Origin: Felis catus
Taxonomy: Eukaryota
Reading direction: 5' to 3'
Assembly (NCBI RefSeq): GCF_018350175.1
Contig: NC_058368.1
Location: forward strand, 183,956,001-184,020,000
DNA length: 64,000 bases
Shown here: piece by piece, positions 1-11,689 of the stretch
Layout: each line of letters starts with the position of its first letter
Numbering within the stretch: position 1 is the first letter of the stretch
The notes under the pieces: model-generated
What the model was told of the DNA's origin: nothing
Seen by the model: only the letters and a program-made list of their open reading frames with translations
The model's database searches: none
Program-made: the position numbers and the translations under genes

Positions 1-1770
1 CTGGTGAAAACTGTGAAATTATCTACTGGTAACTTGAAATATGGATGAAATCTGCTTTACATGTTTATGTTGCCTTGAGATATGAGCAACGATGTTAAAA
101 TAAAGCCATCACAATTAGCAAGATACTTTTAAAGTAGCATTCAGAGCCTCGTTTGAAGTTTTTTCCTCATGAAAGACAAAAAATTTCCCCTTTGAGAAAA
201 CAGTAATTATTCCTGACACAGTAAAAATGATTGAGACAATATGTGGCAAATGATTTGCTAACAAATTAAAATGTATTATTTTGTTTGCAAATAGTGTTGT
301 CAGAGGCACTGAAAATATTGCTGAAATTATGAAGAAACACGTATTAGAACAAATTAAGTCATTTTTCTTATATGGTTGAAAAAATAAAACCATCTAACGT
401 TTCTTAGCTTTCCTGAGCTATTCTTTTTGTTTTGTTTCGTTTTGTTGGAAATATGCATTTGCTAGATAGCATTTCACGCATAAAAATAATAACTAAAGGA
501 GCTATTAAAGAAACAATGTATTCAAAAAAGCATGTCCTTAACAGTAGTTTGTTGAAGGGGGAAAAAAAAAGCTTTAAGTGGGAAAAAATTTTTTTGAACT
601 ATAAGGACAAACACTAATGGAGCAGTTTATCAGGCAAGAATTGAGAGAGAAACAACAGGTGAGGAAGAGAGAGTCCAGAGTAAGGCTGAGAAGCGATCAC
701 TACACTTGGAAGTTCGTTTAGTGAGTTTAATAACAACGTAATTGCTTCTTAAAGCAAATACCTTAAAACTAGAATTACAACTGTGCTACAGACAGTTCAA
801 AAAGGATGGCAATGATAATTATAAAAATGTATTTTCAGTGACAGGGGGGCTGTTCTGTATCACGTGGGGTTCACAGTCATCTCACCACAAAAATAAATGA
901 ATAAATAACAAAGAGAGTACAAAATTATTCACCTTTCTCTTTAAAAACAACTCTTAAAAGAAACAAATATTTGGGTTGCTTTAACAGGGGTGAAAAAAAA
1001 TCACAATTAAAAAAATAATAAAACGTATGCAAGGAAAAGGTATTTAGAAAATAGATGTTTAGAAGTGTTTTGATCATTTTGCAATTTTGTTACCAAATAA
1101 ACTCTCATACGTGCACATTAAAAATGGAAACAATTTTCTAATCTATGCTCAAGAAAAAGTTTCATTGTGTCTTGAATCCATTCCTTAAAATACACTAAAT
1201 TTTAAGCCTTTCCAATTTGTTTATGAAAAAACTGATCCATATAAGAGAAATTTTACAGATTAAAACTTCAATAAAAAATGTTACATAATTGGTAAATGTG
1301 ATTGAAAAAGTATGTATCACAATTTATTATTATAGTAAGCAAAACTAACCATGTACTCCTTTTTATATATACGTATTTTGGGGAGTTATTATCTTTCAGT
1401 CATTAAAGTCATTTATATCAAAAACAAAAATAAATTGAAAATAGGGGAGTGGGAGGCACAGGCTTTCAGTTATAAAGTGAATAAGTCACAGGGATGAGAG
1501 GTATAGTGTAGGGAATACAGTCAATGGTATTGTAATAGTGTTGTATGGTGACAGATGGTAGCTACAGTTATTGTGAGCATAGCATAACATATAGAGTTGT
1601 TGAATCACTGTCTTGTACACCTGAAACTTATTAGTACACCTGAACTAACTATACTTCAATAATTTTTAATAAAAAATAAAAATAAATAAATTGAACTCAA
1701 ATCAAGATATTTAATCCCTGTATCATGGAGACTATACCCGAGATTTTGAAAAGATTAAAATAATTCAATT
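1..1770 (+). pseudogene. Decayed hAT-Charlie (ZBED5/Buster-like) DNA-transposase coding remnant, interrupted by L1 at 1441-1683
   Basis: Hand translation gives colinear Charlie motifs with stops/frameshifts: NLKYG* (~31-48), CLEI*..IKPSQLARY (~71-128), RASFEV, EKTVIIPDTVKMIETICGK*FANKLKCIILFANSVVRGTENIAEIMKKHVLEQIK (194-358), SNVS*L (~393-410), TNGA (~613-624), LYH..V (~856-885), and a C-terminal dimerisation-like segment ending NKL(N) (~1290-1440, resuming ~1690). Confidence 0.8.
1441..1683 (+). mobile_element. 5'-truncated carnivore L1 3' end
   Basis: Typical L1_Carn 3'UTR text (gaataagtcacagggatgag...tgtatggtgacagatggtagctac...tgtacacctgaaact), A-rich tail, TSD aaataaattgaa (1428-1439 / 1684-1695). 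Confidence 0.85.
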
Positions 1771-2059
1771 ATATATTCAGTATGAAAGTATTAATATTTT
1801 TAGTGAGATAAAATAGTGTTTTTGCCATTAATAAAAAAATGTTTAAATATATTTTAAGGTGTTTTTTTTGAAAAAAGTGGTTTTCATTTTTTTCTAATTC
1901 TTAAATATACTTTAATTTTCGTTTATTATGTTACTTCCATAGTCTGTATAAGTGGCATGTTAATAAATATGACAGTAAATATATCAGAATATTAAGTGCA
2001 AATTTTCTTATTGTCTTAAAAGCTTTTAGGTTTAAACTCAAAATAGATGCCAGATCAGG

Positions 2060-3090
2060 TATCTATGTAAAATATGCTAACACATAAAGAAACAAGTCTA
2101 ACAACCATGGTTGATTACCTAGGTGACAAAGTGTGAGGGGAAGGTGAGAAATCAAAGAGATTATAGAGAGGACTTCTTTCAGGAGAGAAATACTGGGAAA
2201 CTGAGATATCTTCTCTGCCTTGCTCCACATCCTTCTCCAATCAACCTTGTCCACAAGCACAACCTCCCATAGTTTGAGGAACACATAGCTCAGGTCAGAA
2301 AATTCTACAAGGGTGAATCTGGCTAGAGTGGTCTGTGATGGCCAAGTCAAGAAAGCATGCTGCTCTAGGAAACAGTCACATTCCCATCCTGGCAGGCCAG
2401 ATGATTTTCCCTCACACCTTTGTTAGAGAGCATTGAAATGGACCAAACCCAAATGGTAGTTCCTGTAGTTGTGAAGACTTTACTTGAAAGGAGGCCCTGA
2501 GGGTAAGTCTAAGCAGACAGTCAGAAGGGCATCTGCCTGTACCAGCAAACTGCAAAAGCCCCAGAGGAAGTTCCAATGAACACAATGTCTTTTGTGCTCA
2601 TCTTAAGAGACAAAAGATTCCAGAATGCAGAAGTATACTTCACCCAGAAAACCCCGATAAAAGTTACAATTCTCTCATTCAAGACCTTGTCTGCCCTGAT
2701 TTTCCCCTTGCTCTTCTGCCCATTGCTGGAAAGCCAAAAAGGAGGCAAGCGGATGAAGATGTGAAGAAGAATGAGTGGGGGAAAGGGCAGCTAACCATCT
2801 CCCAGCCTCCATTCCCAGTCGCACCTCAGGCTTACCCCAGCTCACTGCAGGCTTTCAAGTTTGGGCCCAAGGTGGTATGGAGAAGATTTAAACCGGATGA
2901 GATAATAATGCTATGAAATAATGGTCTGCACTGGACATTTTTAATGAGGACATCTGTTAAAACCTTGGAAACTACTGGGAGAGCTAGACAACCAGCCTGA
3001 AATTTCAGGTCAGAGCAGGCTGTAGGAAAGAATAAAGCTGCTTTCTTTTGTACCTCAGCAAGTCCACCTCATTCTTATGCTTACTGCATT
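2060..3090 (+). mobile_element. Probable ancient solo LTR, MamGypLTR (Gypsy)-like; boundaries approximate
   Basis: GC-richer ~1 kb block inside AT-rich transposon; 3' part (ggagaagatttaaaccggatgagat...ctggacatttttaat...gaataaagctgctttc) resembles recalled mammalian Gypsy LTR consensus; AATAAA at 3031-3036; no TSD seen. Confidence 0.45.
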
Positions 3091-3142
3091 TTATTTTTAG
3101 CATTAATTTTTATATAAAATCCAAAATGTTTGGTGACTACTG
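3090..3142 (+). mobile_element. Candidate right terminal inverted repeat of the Charlie element
   Basis: gtttggtgactactg is the reverse complement of cagtagtcaccaaac, similar to Charlie TIR CAGTGGTYYCCAAAC. Confidence 0.45.
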
Positions 3143-3475
3143 GTCTAAGGTTGGCATTTTTACACAGTTTCATTATCTTCATAAAAAGGTATATATCCTT
3201 AATACTAACTTTGATCACTTACTTCATTCTCATCCACAATAATAAACCCAAAACATGGCAGGAATGTTCTGTAACTGTTTCAGATCTAGCAACTAGCTAA
3301 TCACATAGGAGAAAGATCTGCCTTTTTCCTCTTTTCCATTCTTTATACTGGGCCAAGCAATAAGTGTGGTTAGATATCTCAGATCTGTACTCTTCACTAC
3401 ATTGCTATTATAATTTGCTGCCCCAATTTTTTTTTCTTTGGGCCCCTGCAATCTTCCCTAAAAAATTCTTAATCA

Positions 3476-3559
3476 GCAATCACTATATTGTATATCTGAA
3501 ACTAATATTACGCTGTATGTTAACCAGAATTTGAATAAAAACTTTAGAAAGAAAAAAAC
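3476..3559 (+). mobile_element. Very short L1 3' terminal insertion
   Basis: cactatattgtatatctgaaactaatattacgctgtatgttaac + A tail; TSD attcttaatca at 3465-3475 and 3560-3570. Confidence 0.8.
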
Positions 3560-4015
3560 ATTCTTAATCATTAATTTTACTCTTTCTGTGGTCATGCAAA
3601 TCCTCTCTCTAAATCACGGGTAAAAATGTCTTTCTTCTTTTTAACAACAAACCATTAGGATGATACCCATTAGTAGACAAACTGCCATGTTTGGGTACTA
3701 TAACTATTAACGAGAAGATAAAAATCAACACCCATAATGTCACAAATTGCTCCATTTTTTAACACTTGCCTACCTCTCTTGTAACACCTGTCACCACTTC
3801 CTTAATTTATACTCTCAAACTATAATGTTCTACCTATACTGCTACTCAATTTTATTGAGGGACATTGGGAAAAATTCATGAGAATAACAAAAACTAAAGT
3901 TCAGAAGAAATCTTATTTTCTTTTCAATGATTTGGATAAATATGGATAATAGATCTGATTAGCATACATTTTACTAAAAACAAAAAGCCCATGTATTGTG
4001 TTCCCTCCACGAATC

Positions 4016-4570
4016 TGTGTGGACATTTTAAAACATATTCATTAATTTCTTGACCTTCTTCCTATTAAGAGTGAGGTCTATATCTCCTCCCCTTGAATCC
4101 AAATTGGTTTGGGTCCACTTCAATCAAGATGGTACAGTGACAATCACACTATGTGATTTTTAAGGCTATGTGACAAAAGTCCATGAAGTTTCTGTTTTGT
4201 TTGTGAAAACACTTGCTCTTGTTGCTAGCAGTAAGTTTGATTTACCTCAAAGTAGCCATACTGAGAGAAGTCTAAGCTACCTGCAGAGACCACAGGAAGG
4301 ATGTCAGTAGATTCAGCTGTGCCCAGCTTTTCAACCTTTTCAGCCCAGGCCTCAAACACATGAGTTAGAAACCTCCACATATTCCAGACCCCCAGCTATT
4401 TGAATTTTCCCAACTTAGCTCTCAGACATCATAGAGCAGAGATAAGCCATTGTCACTGTATCCTACCCAAACCCCTAGCCCCACAGAATCCATGAGCATA
4501 ATTAAATGGTGGTTGTTTTATGACACTAAATATTGGGGTGGTTTGTCACATGGCAAAAGACAACTGGGAC
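4016..4570 (+). mobile_element. MaLR solo LTR, MLT1G-like
   Basis: Start tgtgtggacattttaaaacat...tctcctccccttgaatc; end ccacagaatccatgagcataattaaatggtggttgtttta...ggggtggtttgtcacatggcaaaagacaactgggac. Confidence 0.8.
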
Positions 4571-4939
4571 TATCTTCAAAAAACCTGATAACTTAATTCT
4601 AACCTGTAACAATTTTTTAAAGGGATATTTCCGCTTACAAGGATATTTTCCATTTATTGTCTTCTTTTTCAGTAAAGCAAAACCAGAAATAACTTTCAAG
4701 TTTACTATTACAGTGTAGTGAGAAGCAGTCAGCCATATGTTGGTGAGACTGTCTGTACTGCTAAATCTAAACTTAAATTCATGGATTTTTGATTTTTAAA
4801 AATTCCAATGGCTCATGAAAGTATAAAATATCAGTTCTAATCATATAGCTGGTAGTTTACAATACGTTACCATGTTTCCATGCTTCCTCCATTTGAATTT
4901 TTTATTTCTAGTACTGTGAATTATAATCTTTATTTCACA

Positions 4940-5060
4940 AATAAAAACGCTTCAGATCTCTGCAAGCAAATAATGGGCCCAGGATATAGAGTAACAGCCA
5001 CTGATAGGATTTGAACTCAGGTCTCCTGCTTCTAAATCTCACTTTTCTTTCACTCCTAAC
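4940..5060 (-). mobile_element. MIR fragment
   Basis: ggatttgaactcaggtctcctgcttctaaatc (reverse B-box region). Confidence 0.55.
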
Positions 5061-5354
5061 TTTTACAATTGGTGAAATTATCAAAAATAATTGAAATTTT
5101 CCAGCTTCCTAAGTGATCTAATTTTGCATCTTCTGGTTCCACAAAATAGCCAGAAAGATCTTTCTAAAGGTATACTTCTTATCCTGCCCTGCTTAAAGCC
5201 TTCTATTGTCTTCTTTTTGCAGTTGGTAGAAAAAGCCCCACAAAATCTTTCCCCTACCTCCCTTCTAATCCCAACATTAACATTGTTCGTTTGTAGCTAA
5301 TCTTATATTTGATAAGTTCAAACAGAGCCCTTTTGTTCACTTAGAAATTTCATT

Positions 5355-5830
5355 TTTTCATTCAGTTGTCCATTTATTCCACTTTTATTTGTTGCATGCC
5401 TTCTATTTATGCCAAGACTTGGGGATACCAAGATAAAATTGTCATGTTTCCAGCCCTCAAAGTCTTGTAGTCTTTGATACTAGAAAAATAAACAAAGTTA
5501 CTACATTCTGTAGGTCTTCATTTTTATAATACAAAAATAGAAGAGGTGACTGAAATATTAAGAGGATACTCAACATAGCCTGGGTTGATGGGGAGGGAGC
5601 AATCCTGGGAAGGTTTCCCGATAGAGATGATGCAGGCAGTATGTAACAATATGTCATGTCCCAAGGCAGGGGGTTGGGGAGAAAGAACCTTGTGCATGAT
5701 AGAAGAGCTTCAAGACTGAGTTAGGGTAAAAACAGCTTCAGAGTAGGAGTCTGATGGCCCATTAGATTGAGACAGACAGAAGGCTAGAAGATAGATAGGA
5801 GCTAAATCATTAAGGAAGTAGGAGACCTGA
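5355..5830 (-). mobile_element. L2 3' fragment
   Basis: ttcattca..atttatt..tgccttctatttatgccaag..ggggataccaagata..tccagccctcaa. Confidence 0.55.
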
Positions 5831-6049
5831 GTTCAAACCCTACCAGTATTAAAAATGTCATGATATTTCACAACTTGGTAAGTAAATCATTCAAGTTGCC
5901 TAAATAACTGGGGAAACAAAGTTGATTCAATGGTAGCACCAAACACTGTGATAGGAGAAAACTGAAAGGACTATTTCAATTGGCCTTTGCTACATGCATC
6001 CATTCTAAAATTCAGAGGTTTAATTAGTTATTTTCTTAATTCTAGTAGT

Positions 6050-6398
6050 TGACTAGAGAGTTCATCTGCCCATTTTATCTGGGCCTCTTCAGTTGGCTGG
6101 AGTCAGCTCTGAGTCATCAAGGCTACAAAACCCAGAGGCCTTAATCATGTGTCTGACAGCCATCACTGGGGGCCTCAATTCTACACCTGGCTCTTCTCCT
6201 TCATAGGCTAATTAGCTTCTTTACATGGTAATGTCAGGGCCACATTCCAAGGTCTCTTAAAACACAGCCTTGGTAGTTAAACAACATCACTTATACTACA
6301 CTAGTCAAAGCAAGTCACAAAGCCATCCCAGATTCAAGAAGTGGGGATCAAGACACCACCTCTTTCTGGAAGGAGCAGCAAAGTCACATTACAGTCTT
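6050..6398 (-). mobile_element. MLT1 (H/G-like) MaLR LTR fragment
   Basis: gtcaaagcaagtcacaaagccatcccagattcaagaagtgggga..accacctctt..ggaaggagcagcaaagtcacatt. Confidence 0.7.
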
Positions 6399-6417
6399 CC
6401 ATATAGGCATTCTTTTT

Positions 6418-6622
6418 TTTTAACATTTATTTATTTTTGAGAGACAGAGAGAGAGCATGAGTAGGGAAGGGGCAGAGAGAGAGGGAGCCACAGAATCCGA
6501 AGCAGGCTCCAGGCTCTGAGCTGTCACCACAAAGTCCGATGCGGGGCTCAAACCTACAAATTGCGAGATCATGACCTGAACCGAAGTCAGGTGCCCAACC
6601 GACTCAGTCACCCAAGCGCCCC
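6418..6622 (-). mobile_element. Can-SINE (SINEC_Fc-type)
   Basis: Reverse SINE head, (CT)n region, poly-A; TSD cattcttttt (6408-6417 / 6625-6634). Confidence 0.95.
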
Positions 6623-6634
6623 TACATTCTTTTT

Positions 6635-6657
6635 ATTAAAGCTTATTTATTTATTTT

Positions 6658-6704
<47 letters not shown>

Positions 6705-6864
6705 GGGGGCAGAGAGAAAGCGAGAGAGAGAGAAATCCAAGCAGTCTCCACACTGTCAGCACTGAGCCCAACACAGGGCTCCAACTCACAAACCATTGAG
6801 ATCGTAACCTGAGCATAGATCAAGAGAAGTCAGACATTTAACAGACTGAGCCACCCAGGCACCC
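6635..6864 (-). mobile_element. Older Can-SINE with expanded (GA)n
   Basis: Reverse SINE; TSD ccatataggcattctt (6399-6414) / ccacatagacattctt (6866-6881). Confidence 0.93.
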
Positions 6865-9659
6865 ACCACATAGACATTCTTATATGTCAACAGTTCCCAG
6901 AAAGTGATCAACCTCTTTTCCTATCTCAGGATAATACTGGAGCTCTCATATTTTGAAAATTTCACTAGCCCATTATATTATAGCTGTCCTCTCTGATTTG
7001 TATATTGGGACATAGTATACAACTGCATGTATTTGCGGAAATATGCTTATTGAAACAACTCAAGGGAATCTTCTGAATTGAGGGAAAACATTTACATTGG
7101 AACAAATTACATTTTACTGAAAACCTAATTGTTACACTGAGAGCTGTACACGGTTGTAATTGCATACTCCTAATTACACACGCTGCATTATTTAAAAAAG
7201 AATGGCATTGTTTATTTGTGATATTCTCTGCTTATTTACACTTGCATATTTGAGCAAGGAGCAAGGAGTTATTTCTACCGCACAGCCGAGATTGTTATCT
7301 GTTCACAAACACAAAATTAATTCGGTAGAGAGAAGCAGCTCTCAAACAGGAAGAGAGAAATTTCTCCTGAGGCAAGACATTCTACAATTGTTTCTAAATT
7401 TCTGTATAATTAACAAAGCACTTACCATCTGCAATGATTGACCCGTCAGAGCTACTCCTCTGAGATAATTTTGGCGACATTCAAAAAAATTGAATATCCA
7501 AAAGCCACATTTGACATAAATGAATTAGGCTATTCTTGTAAATAGAAGTAATACTCAAGACAGAATGTTCTATAAGATGCCGCTTAACATGGGTAACCTT
7601 AACCATATTAACTCCCCTTGGGCACTTGTCGAAGTCTCTCAGTGCCACGATAATGGTAACCTTGTTCTCTGTGTCTCATGAGTTTGATTTTGTAAATGCT
7701 ACTTGAACCTCAGAGCCAGCAGCCCAGTCAAACCTCTTACTTAAGTATATAGTTAAGTGTATAATTCTTTCTGAATTACAATCACATTTCCTGATTGATA
7801 TGTCAGGAATAAAAAGGAAGGGGGCTTAGAAATCCTTTAAAAGCTCAAATGGAAAAGTTTTTCTTTTTTCTACATTTCACATTCTTTGCTAACAATTAAT
7901 ATGTATAAGGTAACGATGTGCTTGCTCTATCACAAAGAAAGGCTTTTACCTTCTCCTATAACAGACTCAGAGCTATGTATAATGGGTACTTTGAGTATGT
8001 TGGTTGTTTCCTTAAGAGCATAATTGATAGTTGATGTGGTTTTCAGAAAACAAACAAACAAAACAGAGCATTCCTGGTTAGTTATTACAAATAATGACCT
8101 TCTTGCCCTTCTTGCCATTACTACTCCATTTAAAGACATGTTGTTTAATATCGTATGTCCTTTTTATCTTGGGAGGAATACAAACACATTTTTTTTTCTG
8201 GAATAATGGTGAATGCTTTCCATTTTTAAGAAACTAAAAGTTCAAAGTGGCCATGACCACTGGTACAGGAATGTTTAAATTTCAGTGACCGGTAGGGAAT
8301 AGTCACTTACTACATAGTTCACTAAAATTGTTCCTTTACCTTAATACATGAAAGAAAGAAGAGTCTAACATTTCATCCTATTTCAGAGGAGATTCCCCCT
8401 ACAGACCAGTAATAAAGTATCCCTACAAGTCCAGTCTGTGCTCCTAGCAGAGAAACTTCTAAGTGTGTAAGCTTGTGACTGATCTTTTCTATTTGATGTA
8501 TTTGAAGTTCATTACTGTAGTAACAAGAACTTAAAAACATGAGAGTTAGGCTTACATATGTCTAAAGTGTCTTACCGTGACTTTGTGTGTGTATCCCAAG
8601 GATTAAAGTAGAGTGTCAATATATCTTATGGTAAATGAAAAGGATCTTTCAGTCAGGCGGCCTCACCATTATATATTACTATTATTAATAGATCTTTCTT
8701 ACTTTTACTGGCTTAGATTCCATTTTTCTCGAGCCATGAAGCTGGAAGTCATTTTTTCCTTAGGGCTTAAAGAAATAAAAAATTATCAAAGCCTTTATGT
8801 ATGGCAAAGGTTAAAAAACCTTCAAACAAGATTCATGTATTTGCTTTATTTTTTGGAAATACACAATTTTCATGGATTTATCATGAGTTAAATTTATTTC
8901 TGTGGGGTAAACCAACAAAAATTGTTCAAAAAAGAAAAATAAACTATTCTATCGTATCACATCGGCAAAGCCAAATGAGCCGTGTTATCCCAGCAAAGGT
9001 TCAACCAGTCGAAACTTCGATTGCGTTCTACAGCAAGGGCAACGAGAAGACAGCAAGGGCACTAGAAGACTCAACGTAGCAAAGCAGTTTAAAGACATAT
9101 ATTTATATATAAATCAATTTTATATCATGCCTCTGCATGTTAATCAGATTGTATTGAATGACTACATTTTGAAATTCACTGCAGAGAAGTACCTACCTGC
9201 TTATTTTTAGAAGGATAAGTTGAGTACGGAAATTGGTTCACTTGAATTCTACTTTTGCTTTTCCCCCTCTTCTTAATAGACGGGATTATACATTTGTTAT
9301 TTTCTCCCTTGTGTACTTCAATTCTTCTAAAAAGTGGTTGGAGTCTCTATTCCACATTTTCCTAGAAAACCTCAGACTTTCTCAGTGTCCATTTCTCCTT
9401 CTCTGCCTCCTAGGGAAGTGAGGTCACATTGCTTGACTTTTAGGAAGTTCCTAGACTCTTCAAAATTCTTATTATATATCTATGCCTCACTCTTCCTCTG
9501 CCATATCCAAGTCCTCTTTTACAAAACAGCCCATCACCTTCATTTGATCAAAAAAGAAATATTATTTCCTCTAACTAAAGAAAAATTATGTTACAGCCTT
9601 AGCAGGCAGCAATGGCTATTGTGATTTTAAGCTGAATACTCTTTCCTTATACTACTCTG

Positions 9660-9892
9660 GGTTTGTTTGTTTGTTTGTTTTAGTTTATTTATTTCTTTTG
9701 AGAGAGACAGCATGTGCACATGCACACATGAGTAGCCCATGAGCAGAGAGAGAGGGAGAGAGAGAACCCCAAGCAGGTCAGTGCTACTGATGTGGGGTTC
9801 AGGGCTCAATCTCACGAAATGAACCGTGAGATCAAGACCTGAGCTGAAATCAAGAGTCAGACACTTAACTGACTGAGCTACCCAGGCGCCCC
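9660..9892 (-). mobile_element. Can-SINE
   Basis: Ends ggcgcccc; TSD tcctta(t/a)actactc 9644-9657 / 9893-9906. Confidence 0.95.
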
Positions 9893-11455
9893 TCCTTAAA
9901 CTACTCATATAGTTAATTGAGGGGAAAATTCTGTATATAACTTGACAAACACGTCCATTTAGAAATCTTTGGACACATAAGAAAAAATATTAGAGAACTA
10001 TAGAATAAAAGTATAGGTTTTTTTAACTTAAAATCTGATTATTATGAAAAGTTAACTTAATACCTACCAAATATAGACAGTTATAAAAGTAGAAAGTTAA
10101 TTAAAAAAATAACTATCATTCAGATTAGCACCATGAGAAAACAAATATGTCATTTGGCATATTTTATTCCAGTCTTTTTTCTACCCATATACCTATATCA
10201 TTTTTTTAAACAAGCATAATTTTGGTTATATAGACTACCGTGGGGAAGAAATCGTGATTTTATTAAGTAGTCTGCATCAGTGGGACCGCCCTAAGGAAAA
10301 GGAGTGTGGAAAATTCAGAACCAAAGTATAATTTAAGAATATCCAAAGAATATGTCATCTCCCTGAAGTCCTTGTGACAAGCCACTTAAGGTGAAGGCAA
10401 GCTCTGTAACTACTTTAACTGCTGACGTGCATTTATACACATTGTCAAGACTGAAAGAGAGAGGGGGAAAAATGCAGGATTTAGCTTATCCCCACTCTGA
10501 TCCCTCAGACTGATCCTAGAAAGGTCTGTATGCCCAGACCACGCACATTTTGCTTTCACTCTGTGGCTTCTTCCCAGCTCACATTTGTGCAAGTGAAGCA
10601 GTATCTCAGAGAGGCAAGAAGTGTCTCAGAATAGAAATAAAGGTAGTTGGTCCAGGTTATATGAAAATGGCTTTATAAATCCAGATTGAAATGCTCTGGA
10701 AGAGAATCCAGTATGTGATCTGCTTTTGAAAGACATGAGGAAATGAAGAAATGCTGATTATTTTAAGGTATTCTGAAAGAATTCTTTAGCATTTCTATGG
10801 AAAACCAAAGGAGGAGGAAAGAACAAATAAAAATATGGCTGTCATAACCTATTGGTTCATTGCCTATTAGGATGGAACTTACTGACTTATCTTACAAGGG
10901 AACTGCCAATTCTGTTCTTAATGTTATTAATTTAAATTGCGTGCTAACTGTAATAAGCACGATTAAAAATATATAGAATTAGACATTGTCCCTGCTCATT
11001 AATTCTGCTTCCTAGTGGCTAGTACTCTGCCATCTTTCATGTTCACAGCTTGCCAGGTGAATAAGGACAGAGTTAAAAATGTTTCATGAGGTTGATCATT
11101 ATCATTATTTCTAATTAATACTTTGAGTGCATATGGGGTGCATGGTACCATGCCGGGTCCCTTAAGAAGCATGATAGAAACTAATTAAAAGCCTTAAAAG
11201 GACATCACATATAAAGGGCAAGTAACACCTCAAGGAAGGGAAGACATCATAAATAAATGATTTTAAGAATTTTTGTTCATGTAGGGGGATATTTTCACAA
11301 TTTTACTTAAGTTAAACTGTGGAGTAACAAAGATGGAGGGAAATGGTACATGAAGGGGAAAAGAAAAAAATAGAACAGAACAGGATGAGTTGAAAATCAC
11401 TATTCACAAAAGAAAAACAGAGATAGGGAAGTATCAATTAAGAATGTTTATATCT

Positions 11456-11672
11456 GGGGCGCCTGAGTGGCTCAGTCGGTTAAGCATCCAACTTCGGCTC
11501 AGGTCATGATCTCAGTCCATGAGTTTGAGCCCTGTGTTGGGCTCTGTGCTGACAGCTCAGAGCCTGGAGCCTGCTTCGGATTCTGTGTCTCCCTCTCTCT
11601 GACCCTCCCTTGTTCATGCTCTGTCTCTCTCTGTCTCAAAAATAAATAAACATTTAAAAAAAAATTTTTTAA
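11456..11672 (+). mobile_element. Can-SINE (SINEC_Fc-type)
   Basis: ggggcgcctgagtggctcagtcggttaag head; perfect 15-bp TSD aagaatgtttatatc 11440-11454 / 11673-11687. Confidence 0.97.
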
Positions 11673-11689
11673 AAGAATGTTTATATCAT

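Noticed and set aside
115..393. 92-aa minus-strand ORF
   Set aside because: It is antisense to the decayed plus-strand Charlie transposase and not an independent gene.
11456..11530. tRNA-like A/B-box sequence at SINE heads
   Set aside because: These are tRNA-derived SINE heads followed by SINE body and tail; there is no stand-alone tRNA gene.
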